Shown: positions 8,945-17,869 of the stretch, in pieces
Position numbering within the stretch: position 1 is the stretch's first letter
Layout of the letters: the number at the start of each line of letters is the position of its first letter
Assembly: GCA_040387635.1 (NCBI GenBank)
Contig: JAZKDJ010000001.1
Coordinates: 1-49,850, forward strand
From: Patescibacteria group bacterium
Lineage (GTDB): Bacteria; Patescibacteriota; Minisyncoccia; Phycocordibacterales; PALSA-1337
Direction: 5' to 3'
DNA length: 49,850 bases
Notes under the pieces: model-generated
The model's database searches: none
What the model was told of the DNA's origin: nothing
The model's input: the letters and a program-made list of their open reading frames with translations, nothing else
Made by a program: the position numbers and the translations under genes

Positions 8945-11827
8945 ATGAAAAAGAAACCGAGAACGTACGACCATATCTCACTTGAGAAAAAGTGGCAGAA
9001 GTACTGGGAGAAGAAAAAGGTATACAAGACCAAAGACCTCTCTAAGAAATTCTACGTTCTCGACATGTTCCCGTATCCATCAGGCGAAGGACTCCATGTA
9101 GGTCATCCAAAGGGCTACATCGCTACTGATGTTGTCTCCCGAATGAAGCGAATGCAGGGCTACGGCGTACTCCATCCTATGGGCTTCGACGCGTTCGGAT
9201 TACCTGCAGAGAACTACGCCATCAAGACCAAGACCAATCCTCAGATTGCGGTCAAAAAGAATGTTGAGCGCTACAAAGAGCAGCTTGAGATCCTAGGATT
9301 CGACTATGACTGGGAACGAGAGGTAAACACTACCGATCCTGAGTACTATAGATGGACGCAGTGGATTTTCCTTCAACTCTTCAAGAAAGGACTCGCATAT
9401 GAATCATACGAGCCTATTAACTGGTGCCCTGTAGACAAGACTGGTCTTGCTAACGAAGACATCGAGGACGGCAAGTGTGAACGATGTGGTGCTGTGGTTG
9501 AGAAACGACCAATGCGACAGTGGGTGCTCAAGATTACCGATTACGCAGACAAGCTCCTAAGCGATCTCGATCTCAAAGACATCAACGGTGATCCACTCCT
9601 CGAATGGCCTGAATCGATCAAAGAGCTTCAACGTAATTGGATTGGCCGAAGCGAAGGCGTTAACTTCAAGTGCTGGATCAAGGACTTGAACATCGAGGTC
9701 AAAATGTACAACTCAGTGCCTCAGACATACAGAGCTGAGACATTTACTGTTATCGCACCCGAGCATCCGCTCGTAAATGATTTGATCAAAGGAACCGAGT
9801 ATGAAAAGCCAGTGCTCGAATTTGTAGAGAAAATCAAAGCCAAGAAAGCAAACAACAAGTTTGATATTGATAAGGATATGGAGGGTATTTTCACAGGAAG
9901 ATATATTCGGGACTTTGCAGGTACAGGAAGAGATCTACCTATTTGGGTTGCTTCATATGTTCTAGCAGACTATGGAACAGGAATGGTCAACTGCAGTGCC
10001 CACGATGAGCGTGACTACGCTTTTGCTAAGAAATACAACCTTCCACTCCATGAGGTAGTAGAACCATTCGTACAAGTTACTACGGGCGATGACGCGGTAC
10101 GCAAAGACATGCCGTTCGTTGAACGAAACGCAGTCATCTGTGTTGTTAAGCACTGGTCAGAAGATAAATACCTCTGTCTCCACTGGAAAGCTGTTGAATG
10201 GAGAGGCTTTGTCGTAGGAGGTATCGAAGACGGTGAGAGCGCCGAATCTGCTGCTATGCGAGAAGTCGTCGAAGAAACCGGTTATAAGAACGTCAGGTTT
10301 GTTAAAACACTTGGAGGAAAAATCCACTCGCAGTTCTACCAAGCAGTCAAAAAGGTAAATCGCTTCGCGCACTTCACACCTGTGCTCATGGAATTAATTG
10401 ATGGCGAACAAAACGAGATCGCCGAAGAAGAGAAAGCACTCCACACTCTCGAATGGGTATCCAAGGACAAGGTCATGGATTTCGTGAACAAGAATGACTT
10501 GAAGATCACATGGAGCAGGGTAATCGGAGCCGAGAAGCCAATAGTGAAGAACGGAATTCTCCTCGAGCCAAAAGAATTTAAAGGCAGAGAATGGAAGGAG
10601 GTAAGGGAAGACATCATCGACTATCTTGTAAAAAGCGGGTACGCCACAAGAAAAATAAACTACAAGATTCGCGACTGGGTTTTCTCTAGGCAGCGATATT
10701 GGGGCGAGCCGATACCAGTAATACATTGCGAGAAGTGCGGAGTGGTGCCGGTTCCAGAGAAGGATCTCCCGGTGAAGCTTCCGAAGGTGAAGTTCTACGA
10801 ACCAACAGGAACAGGAGAATCACCGCTCGCCGCCATCGACTCATGGGTGAACGTAAAGTGTCCGAAGTGCAAAGGCAAAGCAAAGCGAGAGACAAACACC
10901 ATGCCCCAATGGGCAGGATCAAGCTGGTACTACTTACGATACATCGACCCCAAGAACAGCAAAGCTTTCGTTGACAAGAAAAAAGAAAAGAATTGGATGC
11001 CTGTAGACTTGTATGTGGGAGGAGCAGAACATGCCACACGACACCTCATCTACGCGAGGTTCTGGCATAAGTTTCTCTATGACCTAGGCGAAGTAAGCAC
11101 ACCCGAACCTTTCAAGAAATTACAAAGCGTTGGTCTTATCATGGGAGAAGACGACAGAAAGATGAGCAAACGCTGGGGAAACGTTGTAAACCCAGACGAT
11201 GTCATCAAGATATACGGAGCAGACACTTTGCGAGTATACGAAATGTTCATGGGTCCATTCGATCAGGCAATCAGCTGGAGCACGGACAACATGATTGGAT
11301 CACGAAGATTTATTGAACGAGTATGGAAACTTTCGGCGAAGGTAACTCCAAACGAAAGCAAAGCACTCGACCCGATCATTCACAAGACCATCAAGAAAGT
11401 GACCGAAGACATCGACGCGATGAAGTTCAACACAGCAGTGAGTACGATGATGATCGCGGTGAATGAATTCGAGAAAGCGGAGACGATAAGTAGGGAACAT
11501 TACGAAATGCTCATCAAACTCCTTGCTCCGTTTGCACCTCACATCACCGACGAGCTATGGACCGAACTTGGCAACAAACAGTCCATCCACATATCGATGT
11601 GGCCACAGTACAACGCGACCAAGATTACCGAGACTACTCAGCAGATGGCGGTCCAAATTAATGGAAAAGTGCGAGCAAACATCGTCTCCCGTGCAGACGC
11701 TTCAGATGAAGAAATCAAGAAGCTTGCGCTAGGGCACAATGATGTTGCCAAATGGCTCGATGGGAAGGAAATAATGAAGGTCATCATAGTGAAGAATAAG
11801 CTTGTAAATATCGTGGTTAAAGCCTAA
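8945..11827 (+). CDS. leuS: Leucine--tRNA ligase with an inserted Nudix domain
   Basis: MFPYPSGEGLHVGH (HIGH), DWVFSRQRYWGEPIP, KMSKR; Nudix box at 10217-10285. ATG 8945 preferred over TTG 8909. Confidence 0.96.
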   Translation: MKKKPRTYDHISLEKKWQKYWEKKKVYKTKDLSKKFYVLDMFPYPSGEGLHVGHPKGYIATDVVSRMKRMQGYGVLHPMGFDAFGLPAENYAIKTKTNPQIAVKKNVERYKEQLEILGFDYDWEREVNTTDPEYYRWTQWIFLQLFKKGLAYESYEPINWCPVDKTGLANEDIEDGKCERCGAVVEKRPMRQWVLKITDYADKLLSDLDLKDINGDPLLEWPESIKELQRNWIGRSEGVNFKCWIKDLNIEVKMYNSVPQTYRAETFTVIAPEHPLVNDLIKGTEYEKPVLEFVEKIKAKKANNKFDIDKDMEGIFTGRYIRDFAGTGRDLPIWVASYVLADYGTGMVNCSAHDERDYAFAKKYNLPLHEVVEPFVQVTTGDDAVRKDMPFVERNAVICVVKHWSEDKYLCLHWKAVEWRGFVVGGIEDGESAESAAMREVVEETGYKNVRFVKTLGGKIHSQFYQAVKKVNRFAHFTPVLMELIDGEQNEIAEEEKALHTLEWVSKDKVMDFVNKNDLKITWSRVIGAEKPIVKNGILLEPKEFKGREWKEVREDIIDYLVKSGYATRKINYKIRDWVFSRQRYWGEPIPVIHCEKCGVVPVPEKDLPVKLPKVKFYEPTGTGESPLAAIDSWVNVKCPKCKGKAKRETNTMPQWAGSSWYYLRYIDPKNSKAFVDKKKEKNWMPVDLYVGGAEHATRHLIYARFWHKFLYDLGEVSTPEPFKKLQSVGLIMGEDDRKMSKRWGNVVNPDDVIKIYGADTLRVYEMFMGPFDQAISWSTDNMIGSRRFIERVWKLSAKVTPNESKALDPIIHKTIKKVTEDIDAMKFNTAVSTMMIAVNEFEKAETISREHYEMLIKLLAPFAPHITDELWTELGNKQSIHISMWPQYNATKITETTQQMAVQINGKVRANIVSRADASDEEIKKLALGHNDVAKWLDGKEIMKVIIVKNKLVNIVVKA

Positions 11828-11913
11828 AACGAGCACAATTTAAAGCCTTCTTGACTTATAAATGATAAAATGATACAACTAACAGCATAAACGGCCAGAA
11901 GTCACAGATTATT

Positions 11914-12966
11914 ATGACAACTACAATCAAATTCAAGCCAAAACAGGCCACAAAGAAGCTTCTTTCAGTGCTCCAAGACAGAGCGCGAGATGTTCTTGTT
12001 AATCGATACGGACTAGGTAAAAATACCGAAAAAATGACATTGGATGCCATCGGCAAGATGTACGGTATTACTCGAGAACGTGTTCGACAGATCGAGAACT
12101 ACGCACTTAACAACATCCGAAAGTCAGACGCTTACAAGTCAGAGAGCGCGACCTTCGCGGAGCTCGAAGAGCTTATCCATTCACTTGGAGGAATTGTTGT
12201 TGAAGAAGATCTTCTTAGCCACACCTCAAAAGAACGCTCAATCCAGAACCACCTCCATTTTCTCCTTGTAGTTGGGGAGACATTTAAGAAGCGAAAGGAA
12301 GACGAACATTTCAAGCATCGATGGCATGTGAGCGAGGACCTTGCACGAAAGGTTGAAGAATCTATTCACAAGCTCTACAAGAACCTAAGCGACCAGGACC
12401 TTCTTCCTGAAGCTGAAATGGTTAACACATTCCTTTGCCATCTCCAGGACGTGTCAGAGAAGTACAAGAATCAGGAAATCGTTCGACGATGGCTTTCTCT
12501 TTCAAAGAAAATCGACAAGAACGCAATCGGCGAATGGGGAGTTTCTCATTCATCAAACATCAAGACTAAGGGTATGCGAGATTACGCATTCCTCGTCATC
12601 CGAAAGCACGGATCACCTATCCACTTCCGAGAAGTTGCAAACCAGATCACTAAGATCTTCAAGAAAAAGGCACACGTGGCAACTTGCCATAACGAACTTA
12701 TCAAGGATCCACGATTTGTTCTCGTAGGCCGAGGTTTGTACGCCCTCGCTGAATGGGGATACATGAGCGGAGTTGTGAAGGACGTGATCAAGAAGATCAT
12801 CGATAAGCACGGACCACTCACAAAGGAAGAGATCATCGAGAAAGTACTCAAGGAACGATACGTTAAGGAAAACACTATCCTCGTAAACCTTCAGAACCAC
12901 AAGTTCTTCAGGAAAGACAGAGACGGAAGATACTCAATGTCAGAAGAATTGGCTACAGCGAAATAA
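11914..12966 (+). CDS. Sigma-70 region-4 HTH fused to winged-helix (RNAP delta/HARE-HTH-like) domains
   Basis: N-terminal RYGL....MTLDAIGKMYGITRERVRQIE is sigma region 4; C-terminal PIHFREV...HNELIKDPRFVLVGRGLYAL is a wHTH; sigma regions 2 and 3 are absent. Confidence 0.75.
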   Translation: MTTTIKFKPKQATKKLLSVLQDRARDVLVNRYGLGKNTEKMTLDAIGKMYGITRERVRQIENYALNNIRKSDAYKSESATFAELEELIHSLGGIVVEEDLLSHTSKERSIQNHLHFLLVVGETFKKRKEDEHFKHRWHVSEDLARKVEESIHKLYKNLSDQDLLPEAEMVNTFLCHLQDVSEKYKNQEIVRRWLSLSKKIDKNAIGEWGVSHSSNIKTKGMRDYAFLVIRKHGSPIHFREVANQITKIFKKKAHVATCHNELIKDPRFVLVGRGLYALAEWGYMSGVVKDVIKKIIDKHGPLTKEEIIEKVLKERYVKENTILVNLQNHKFFRKDRDGRYSMSEELATAK

Positions 12967-12986
12967 TAAGGAATACATATCCCCGG

Positions 12987-13018
12987 AAAGCACCCCAAAA
13001 AGAAAAAGGGGTGTTTTT
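12987..13018 (+). terminator. Intrinsic terminator
   Basis: AAAGCACCCC-A-rich loop-GGGGTGTTTTT. Confidence 0.65.
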
Positions 13019-13049
13019 CGTATTCGGAACATGAGGTATAATGTTTTCC

Positions 13050-14327
13050 ATGAACGAGCCCTTAGACTTTCTGTCGTATATCTACGTCCCAACAATTGAG
13101 CCTGGGAACATTGCCTTCACACTCTTCAATATCCTCCTTACTATCTCTCCCATCATCGTGTGCTTGGCGCTCGCAGGATTGTTTTTCCCTATATGGGTGC
13201 GATTCGTCAGGGCTAAATTTTTCTTTAAGGAGAAGTACGCAGTGATCGAAATGAAGCTTCCAAAAGAAACTGTCAAAAGTCCTGCTGCTATGGAACTTTT
13301 CCTTATGTCACTCCATCAGACTAGCGGTGAGAGTACTTGGTACGATAAATATTGGCTTGGAAAAACTCGAACATGGTTCTCTTTGGAATTAGTTTCTATC
13401 GAGGGACAAGTGCGATTCTTCATTTGGACAAGAGCATCATGGAAGACATTCATAACTGCGAGCCTCTACTCGCAGTTTCCTGGAATTGAAATTCACGATG
13501 TAGACGATTACACACGTTCAGTGCACTGGGAGCCAAAGGAGATTGCTGTATGGGGCGGAGAATTCACACTTACAAAGCCTGACCCGTATCCAATCAAGAC
13601 GTATGTTGATTACGGTCTCGACAAAGATCCTAAGGAGGAATTCAAAGTGGATCCTATGGCACCTATGATTGAAGCTTTGGGTACTGTGGGACAGAACCAG
13701 CAAATCTGGATACATATTCTCGTACGTGCGCATAAGGCGGAACAAACCAAGCCTGGATTCTTCTTCAAGACAACTGACAAATGGAAAGATGATGCCATGG
13801 CGGAAGTGAACAAGATCATGATCCGAGATCCTAAGACTAAGCTCGTAGGAACATTTGATGATAACAAGCACATCAAGCCAGAACTAAGCCCCGGCGAACA
13901 AGATATCATCAAAGCTCTCGAGAGAAGCATCACCAAGCAAGGATTTGATGTTGGTATTAGATTTATCTATGTAGCCAAAAAAGAAAACTTCACTCCGGGT
14001 CAAATTCCAACAATCTTGGGAAGCTTCAAACAGTTCAGCTCAGAACACCTCAATGGATTCAAACCTAACGGAAAGAAGTGGGTTCTGAAGTTCGATTATC
14101 CATGGCAGGACTTCAAGGAGATTCGCCAGAACCGACAGCGAGATCAACTCCTCCAGGCCATGAAGCGACGTTCTTATTTCTTTCCTCCTTTCGAGAGCAA
14201 GCCATTCGTTCTCAACTCCGAGGAGCTGGCAACTATTTACCACTTCCCAGGACAAGTTGCGCCGACACCGACATTGTCTCGTATTGGCTCCAAGAAAGTG
14301 GACGCACCGCCAAACCTTCCGATATAA
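13050..14327 (+). CDS. Membrane-anchored hypothetical protein (425 aa)
   Basis: N-terminal TM, large soluble domain, C-terminal EELATIYHFPG. ATG 13050 chosen because the track start 13041 overlaps TATAAT (13037-13042). Confidence 0.75.
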   Translation: MNEPLDFLSYIYVPTIEPGNIAFTLFNILLTISPIIVCLALAGLFFPIWVRFVRAKFFFKEKYAVIEMKLPKETVKSPAAMELFLMSLHQTSGESTWYDKYWLGKTRTWFSLELVSIEGQVRFFIWTRASWKTFITASLYSQFPGIEIHDVDDYTRSVHWEPKEIAVWGGEFTLTKPDPYPIKTYVDYGLDKDPKEEFKVDPMAPMIEALGTVGQNQQIWIHILVRAHKAEQTKPGFFFKTTDKWKDDAMAEVNKIMIRDPKTKLVGTFDDNKHIKPELSPGEQDIIKALERSITKQGFDVGIRFIYVAKKENFTPGQIPTILGSFKQFSSEHLNGFKPNGKKWVLKFDYPWQDFKEIRQNRQRDQLLQAMKRRSYFFPPFESKPFVLNSEELATIYHFPGQVAPTPTLSRIGSKKVDAPPNLPI

Positions 14328-14345
14328 CATTTTTACAGACATCCT

Positions 14346-15269
14346 ATGGAACCGAGCAATCATATAGAACCGAGCCTCCCGAAATCGAGACCCAGACTGT
14401 CCACGTCTGCGGGGATATTTTTCATTATCATCCTCGCTCTGTTGGCATTCACTTGGGCAGTGATGCCTCCGCGGCATTTTCCTAAGGACACGCCATTCCT
14501 TGTTAACAAAGGTGACAGCATCAAGAGAGCAGCAGCCAACCTTCAGGCGGCCGGTTTTATTCATTCTGATTTACTTTTTTCTATATACGCACGGTTCACT
14601 GACAAGGACAAAGGTGTGATCGCAGGTATCTACGTCTTCGACAAGCCAACCAACATGTTCTCAATGGCGGAGAAGATGACTAAGACTGGTGGAAGTGAAC
14701 CATACGTCAAAGTTACTATTCCAGAAGGATCTAACAATGCAGAGATTGCAGCCATCCTCGAGAAGAGAATCGTTAACTTTAGCAAAGAAGAATTCCTGAC
14801 TGGAACTATGGAGCTTGAAGGATATCTTTTTCCTGACACATACCACCTGTCACCTTACAGCTCTGAAGATGTGATCATCGATATTCTACGAAAGAACTTT
14901 AATGAAAAGATGAAGCCTCTTGAACCTGGCATCAAGCAATTTGGAAAACCGTTGAGCGAGGTACTCATCATGGCTGCGATTATCGAAGAAGAAGGAAAAT
15001 CTCCGGAGTCTAAGCGAATGATCTCAGACGTGCTCTGGAAAAGACTCAAGGATGACATGCCGCTCCAGGTAGACGTGGCTACATCGACGTATGCAACAAC
15101 AGGCCTCACACCGAAACCAATCACAAACCCAGGTCTTGAATCCATCCAGGCAGCCATCAATCCGAAGCCAAATCCTTACTGGTACTACCTCTCAGATGAA
15201 GATGGAAATTTCCATTATGCTACGAGTTTCGAAGATCACACGGCCAATATTGCGAAGTATTTAAAATAG
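14346..15269 (+). CDS. mltG: Endolytic transglycosylase MltG (YceG family)
   Basis: N-terminal TM, VTIPEG, LEGYLFPDTY, AAIIEEE (catalytic Glu region), MPLQVD, PITNPG, YWYYL. Confidence 0.9.
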   Translation: MEPSNHIEPSLPKSRPRLSTSAGIFFIIILALLAFTWAVMPPRHFPKDTPFLVNKGDSIKRAAANLQAAGFIHSDLLFSIYARFTDKDKGVIAGIYVFDKPTNMFSMAEKMTKTGGSEPYVKVTIPEGSNNAEIAAILEKRIVNFSKEEFLTGTMELEGYLFPDTYHLSPYSSEDVIIDILRKNFNEKMKPLEPGIKQFGKPLSEVLIMAAIIEEEGKSPESKRMISDVLWKRLKDDMPLQVDVATSTYATTGLTPKPITNPGLESIQAAINPKPNPYWYYLSDEDGNFHYATSFEDHTANIAKYLK

Positions 15270-16369
15270 TGCAAGATAGGGGAATTGTGGGACTAATATT
15301 CCAAAAGAAATCAGAAAAACCTAAGGTATACGTCGGTATGAGCGGTGGGGTAGATAGCTCAGTATCGGCCGCGCTCCTAAAGGAGCGCGGCTTCGACGTG
15401 ACTGGAGTTTTCATCAAGGTATGGCAGCCTGACTGGATTGAATGTACATGGAAGGACGACAGGAGAGATGCGATGCGAGTATGTGCCAAACTAAAGATTC
15501 CTTTCATGACCCTCGATCTCGAGGATACATACAAGCAGGAAGTTGTTGATTATATGATCAACGAGTACAAACTAGGCAGAACTCCAAACCCCGACGTCAT
15601 GTGCAACAAGTATGTGAAGTTCGGTGGATTTTTCTCATGGGCAATAGCGCAAGGTGCTGACTATGTTGCAACAGGACATTACGCGCGCGTTGAACAAAAA
15701 GACGGACTCTACATGCTCAAAACCGGACGAGACAAAAACAAAGACCAGTCATACTTCCTATGGACACTCACACAGGAGCATCTTTCTCGAACACTGTTTC
15801 CAGTTGGTGATATTGAAAAGCCTAAAGTTAGGAAACTAGCAGAGCAGTTCGGACTTCCTACAGCAACGAAGAAAGACAGCCAAGGAATTTGCTTCATTGG
15901 TAATATCGACATGAAGGATTTTCTTTCACATTACATTACCGCGCAACCAGGAAACGTCCTCAACGAAGCCGGAGAGGTAATCGGCCACCACAATGGAGCT
16001 ATTTTCCTTACGATAGGAGAGCGTCACGGTTTTACAATCGACAAGAAGACTCCAAACGACGAGCCTAGCTACATCATTTCAAAGAACGTCGAAGCCAACA
16101 CTGTTACGGTTTCACACAAGAATTCAAGCGAGCATCCTGCCTCCGCAAAAACACTTTGTATCTCTCATGAAAATTGGACGCTAGGACACAGCCCAGAACC
16201 CGGCCTCGCACTCACCGCCAGAGCGCGATATCGCCAGCCACTCACACCTATTAGTGTGGCGAGCAATGACTGCTTTGAATTCGACGCTCCTCAGGACTAT
16301 CTTGCGCCAGGGCAATCTCTTGTTATCTACGACGGCGATATTTGCTTGGGTGGAGGAATTATCGAGTAA
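15269..16369 (+). CDS. mnmA: tRNA 2-thiouridine(34) synthase
   Basis: MSGGVDSS, TPNPDVMCN, ATGHY, DQSYFL, KKDSQGICF, PGQSLV; exact start uncertain. Confidence 0.95.
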   Translation: MQDRGIVGLIFQKKSEKPKVYVGMSGGVDSSVSAALLKERGFDVTGVFIKVWQPDWIECTWKDDRRDAMRVCAKLKIPFMTLDLEDTYKQEVVDYMINEYKLGRTPNPDVMCNKYVKFGGFFSWAIAQGADYVATGHYARVEQKDGLYMLKTGRDKNKDQSYFLWTLTQEHLSRTLFPVGDIEKPKVRKLAEQFGLPTATKKDSQGICFIGNIDMKDFLSHYITAQPGNVLNEAGEVIGHHNGAIFLTIGERHGFTIDKKTPNDEPSYIISKNVEANTVTVSHKNSSEHPASAKTLCISHENWTLGHSPEPGLALTARARYRQPLTPISVASNDCFEFDAPQDYLAPGQSLVIYDGDICLGGGIIE

Positions 16370-16410
16370 AACTATTCTCAGGGCTTTGCTTTATTGCTAC
16401 AATAGCAGGC

Positions 16411-17250
16411 ATGAACGAGATTTATATTGTTAAGGTTGATGGAACGAAAGAAATCTTTAACCCGATTAAGCTTCGAACATCCCTCATCCGCTCAGGAGCA
16501 TCCAACCAATTAGCAGAGGACGTGGTCCAAAAAATCGCAGCTGAACTTCGCGATGGAATGAACACGCACGACATCTACCGAAGAGCCTTCGAGATTTTGC
16601 GATCACTCCAACGACCGCTCGCCACAAATTATTCATTGCGCAGATCACTCATGGCCCTTGGCCCCTCAGGTTTCCCATTTGAAAAATTCATTGGGGAAAT
16701 CTTCAAGAAAAAGGGTTACAGCGTACTTATCGATCAAGTTGTGAAAGGAAAGTGCGTAGAGCATGAGATCGACATCATTGCCTACAAACCTGATCATCTC
16801 GTCATGATTGAAGCTAAGTTCCACAATCAATACGGAATGAAGTCTGACCTCAAAGTCGCTCTCTATGTGAAGGCACGATACGACGACCTCAAAGGAATCA
16901 AATTCTCATTCGGCGGTGTTGAGCGAGAGCTCGACGAAGGTTGGCTCATTACCAATACCAAGTTTACTGAGAGCGCGGTCAAATACGCTATGTGCCAGAA
17001 CATTCCAATGATTGGTTGGAACTATCCAGAACGAGCGAGCCTCCTCAAGATGATCGACGATAGCGGCTTGCATCCTATAACATCCCTCACGTCACTTACT
17101 GACCACCACAAGCAGGAATTGATGACCAAGGGCACAGTACTCTGCAACACCCTTAGACAAGATCCTGAGGTTCTCAAATCAATAGGTATCACCGGCGAAT
17201 CTGCCAGCGAGGTTCTTGAGGAGTCGAGATATCTTTGCCCAAGCGTATAA
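16411..17250 (+). CDS. ATP-cone domain fused to a PD-(D/E)xK (Mrr-like) nuclease domain
   Basis: IVKVDGTKEIFNPIKL..SL is an ATP-cone start; GFPFEKFIGEIF...GY, HEIDIIA and IEAKFH form a restriction-endonuclease fold. TGC-TACAAT lies 7 nt before ATG 16411. Confidence 0.75.
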   Translation: MNEIYIVKVDGTKEIFNPIKLRTSLIRSGASNQLAEDVVQKIAAELRDGMNTHDIYRRAFEILRSLQRPLATNYSLRRSLMALGPSGFPFEKFIGEIFKKKGYSVLIDQVVKGKCVEHEIDIIAYKPDHLVMIEAKFHNQYGMKSDLKVALYVKARYDDLKGIKFSFGGVERELDEGWLITNTKFTESAVKYAMCQNIPMIGWNYPERASLLKMIDDSGLHPITSLTSLTDHHKQELMTKGTVLCNTLRQDPEVLKSIGITGESASEVLEESRYLCPSV

Positions 17251-17270
17251 TCCTTCGTTTCATTCACGCC

Positions 17271-17864
17271 ATGACGAAAACAGACCAGCTCAAAAAAATC
17301 GAAGACCAGGTCATGGCTCTCAAAGCGTCGCCGCTCTATGCATACCGTACTGAAAACAATTATTTTCCAGTCATCGGTGATGGAAATCCTGATGCCAATA
17401 TTGTCTTTGTCGGGGAAGCTCCAGGAAAAAATGAAGCCAAGACAGGCAAACCTTTCTGTGGAGCAGCAGGGAAGATTCTCGATGAACTTCTTGCTTCTGT
17501 AGGCATCCCGCGCAGCGATGTTTATATTACAAACATCGTCAAAGATCGACCACCCGAGAATCGTGATCCTTTGCCAGAAGAGATTGAAATCTATGGACCC
17601 TTCCTGGATCGGCAGATTAAAATACTCCAACCCAAAGTAATTGCCACCCTAGGCCGCTATTCGATGAATTACATTATGAATAAGTTCAAGATGGAGCTTG
17701 AGCTTGAACCTATTAGCAAAGCTCATGGTAAGGTGTATAAAGCCCAAGCAAGCTATGGGCCAGTTACCATCGTTCCGCTCTATCATCCCGCAGCAGCCAT
17801 CTATAACCAGGCTCTCAAAGGCACACTCAAGAAAGATTTTCAGGTACTTAAGCAATTTATATAA
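17271..17864 (+). CDS. Uracil-DNA glycosylase, family 4-like
   Basis: VGEAPG..E...G.PF.G.AG motif A, RPP.NR, YHPAA motif B. Confidence 0.9.
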   Translation: MTKTDQLKKIEDQVMALKASPLYAYRTENNYFPVIGDGNPDANIVFVGEAPGKNEAKTGKPFCGAAGKILDELLASVGIPRSDVYITNIVKDRPPENRDPLPEEIEIYGPFLDRQIKILQPKVIATLGRYSMNYIMNKFKMELELEPISKAHGKVYKAQASYGPVTIVPLYHPAAAIYNQALKGTLKKDFQVLKQFI

Positions 17865-17869
17865 CCCTC

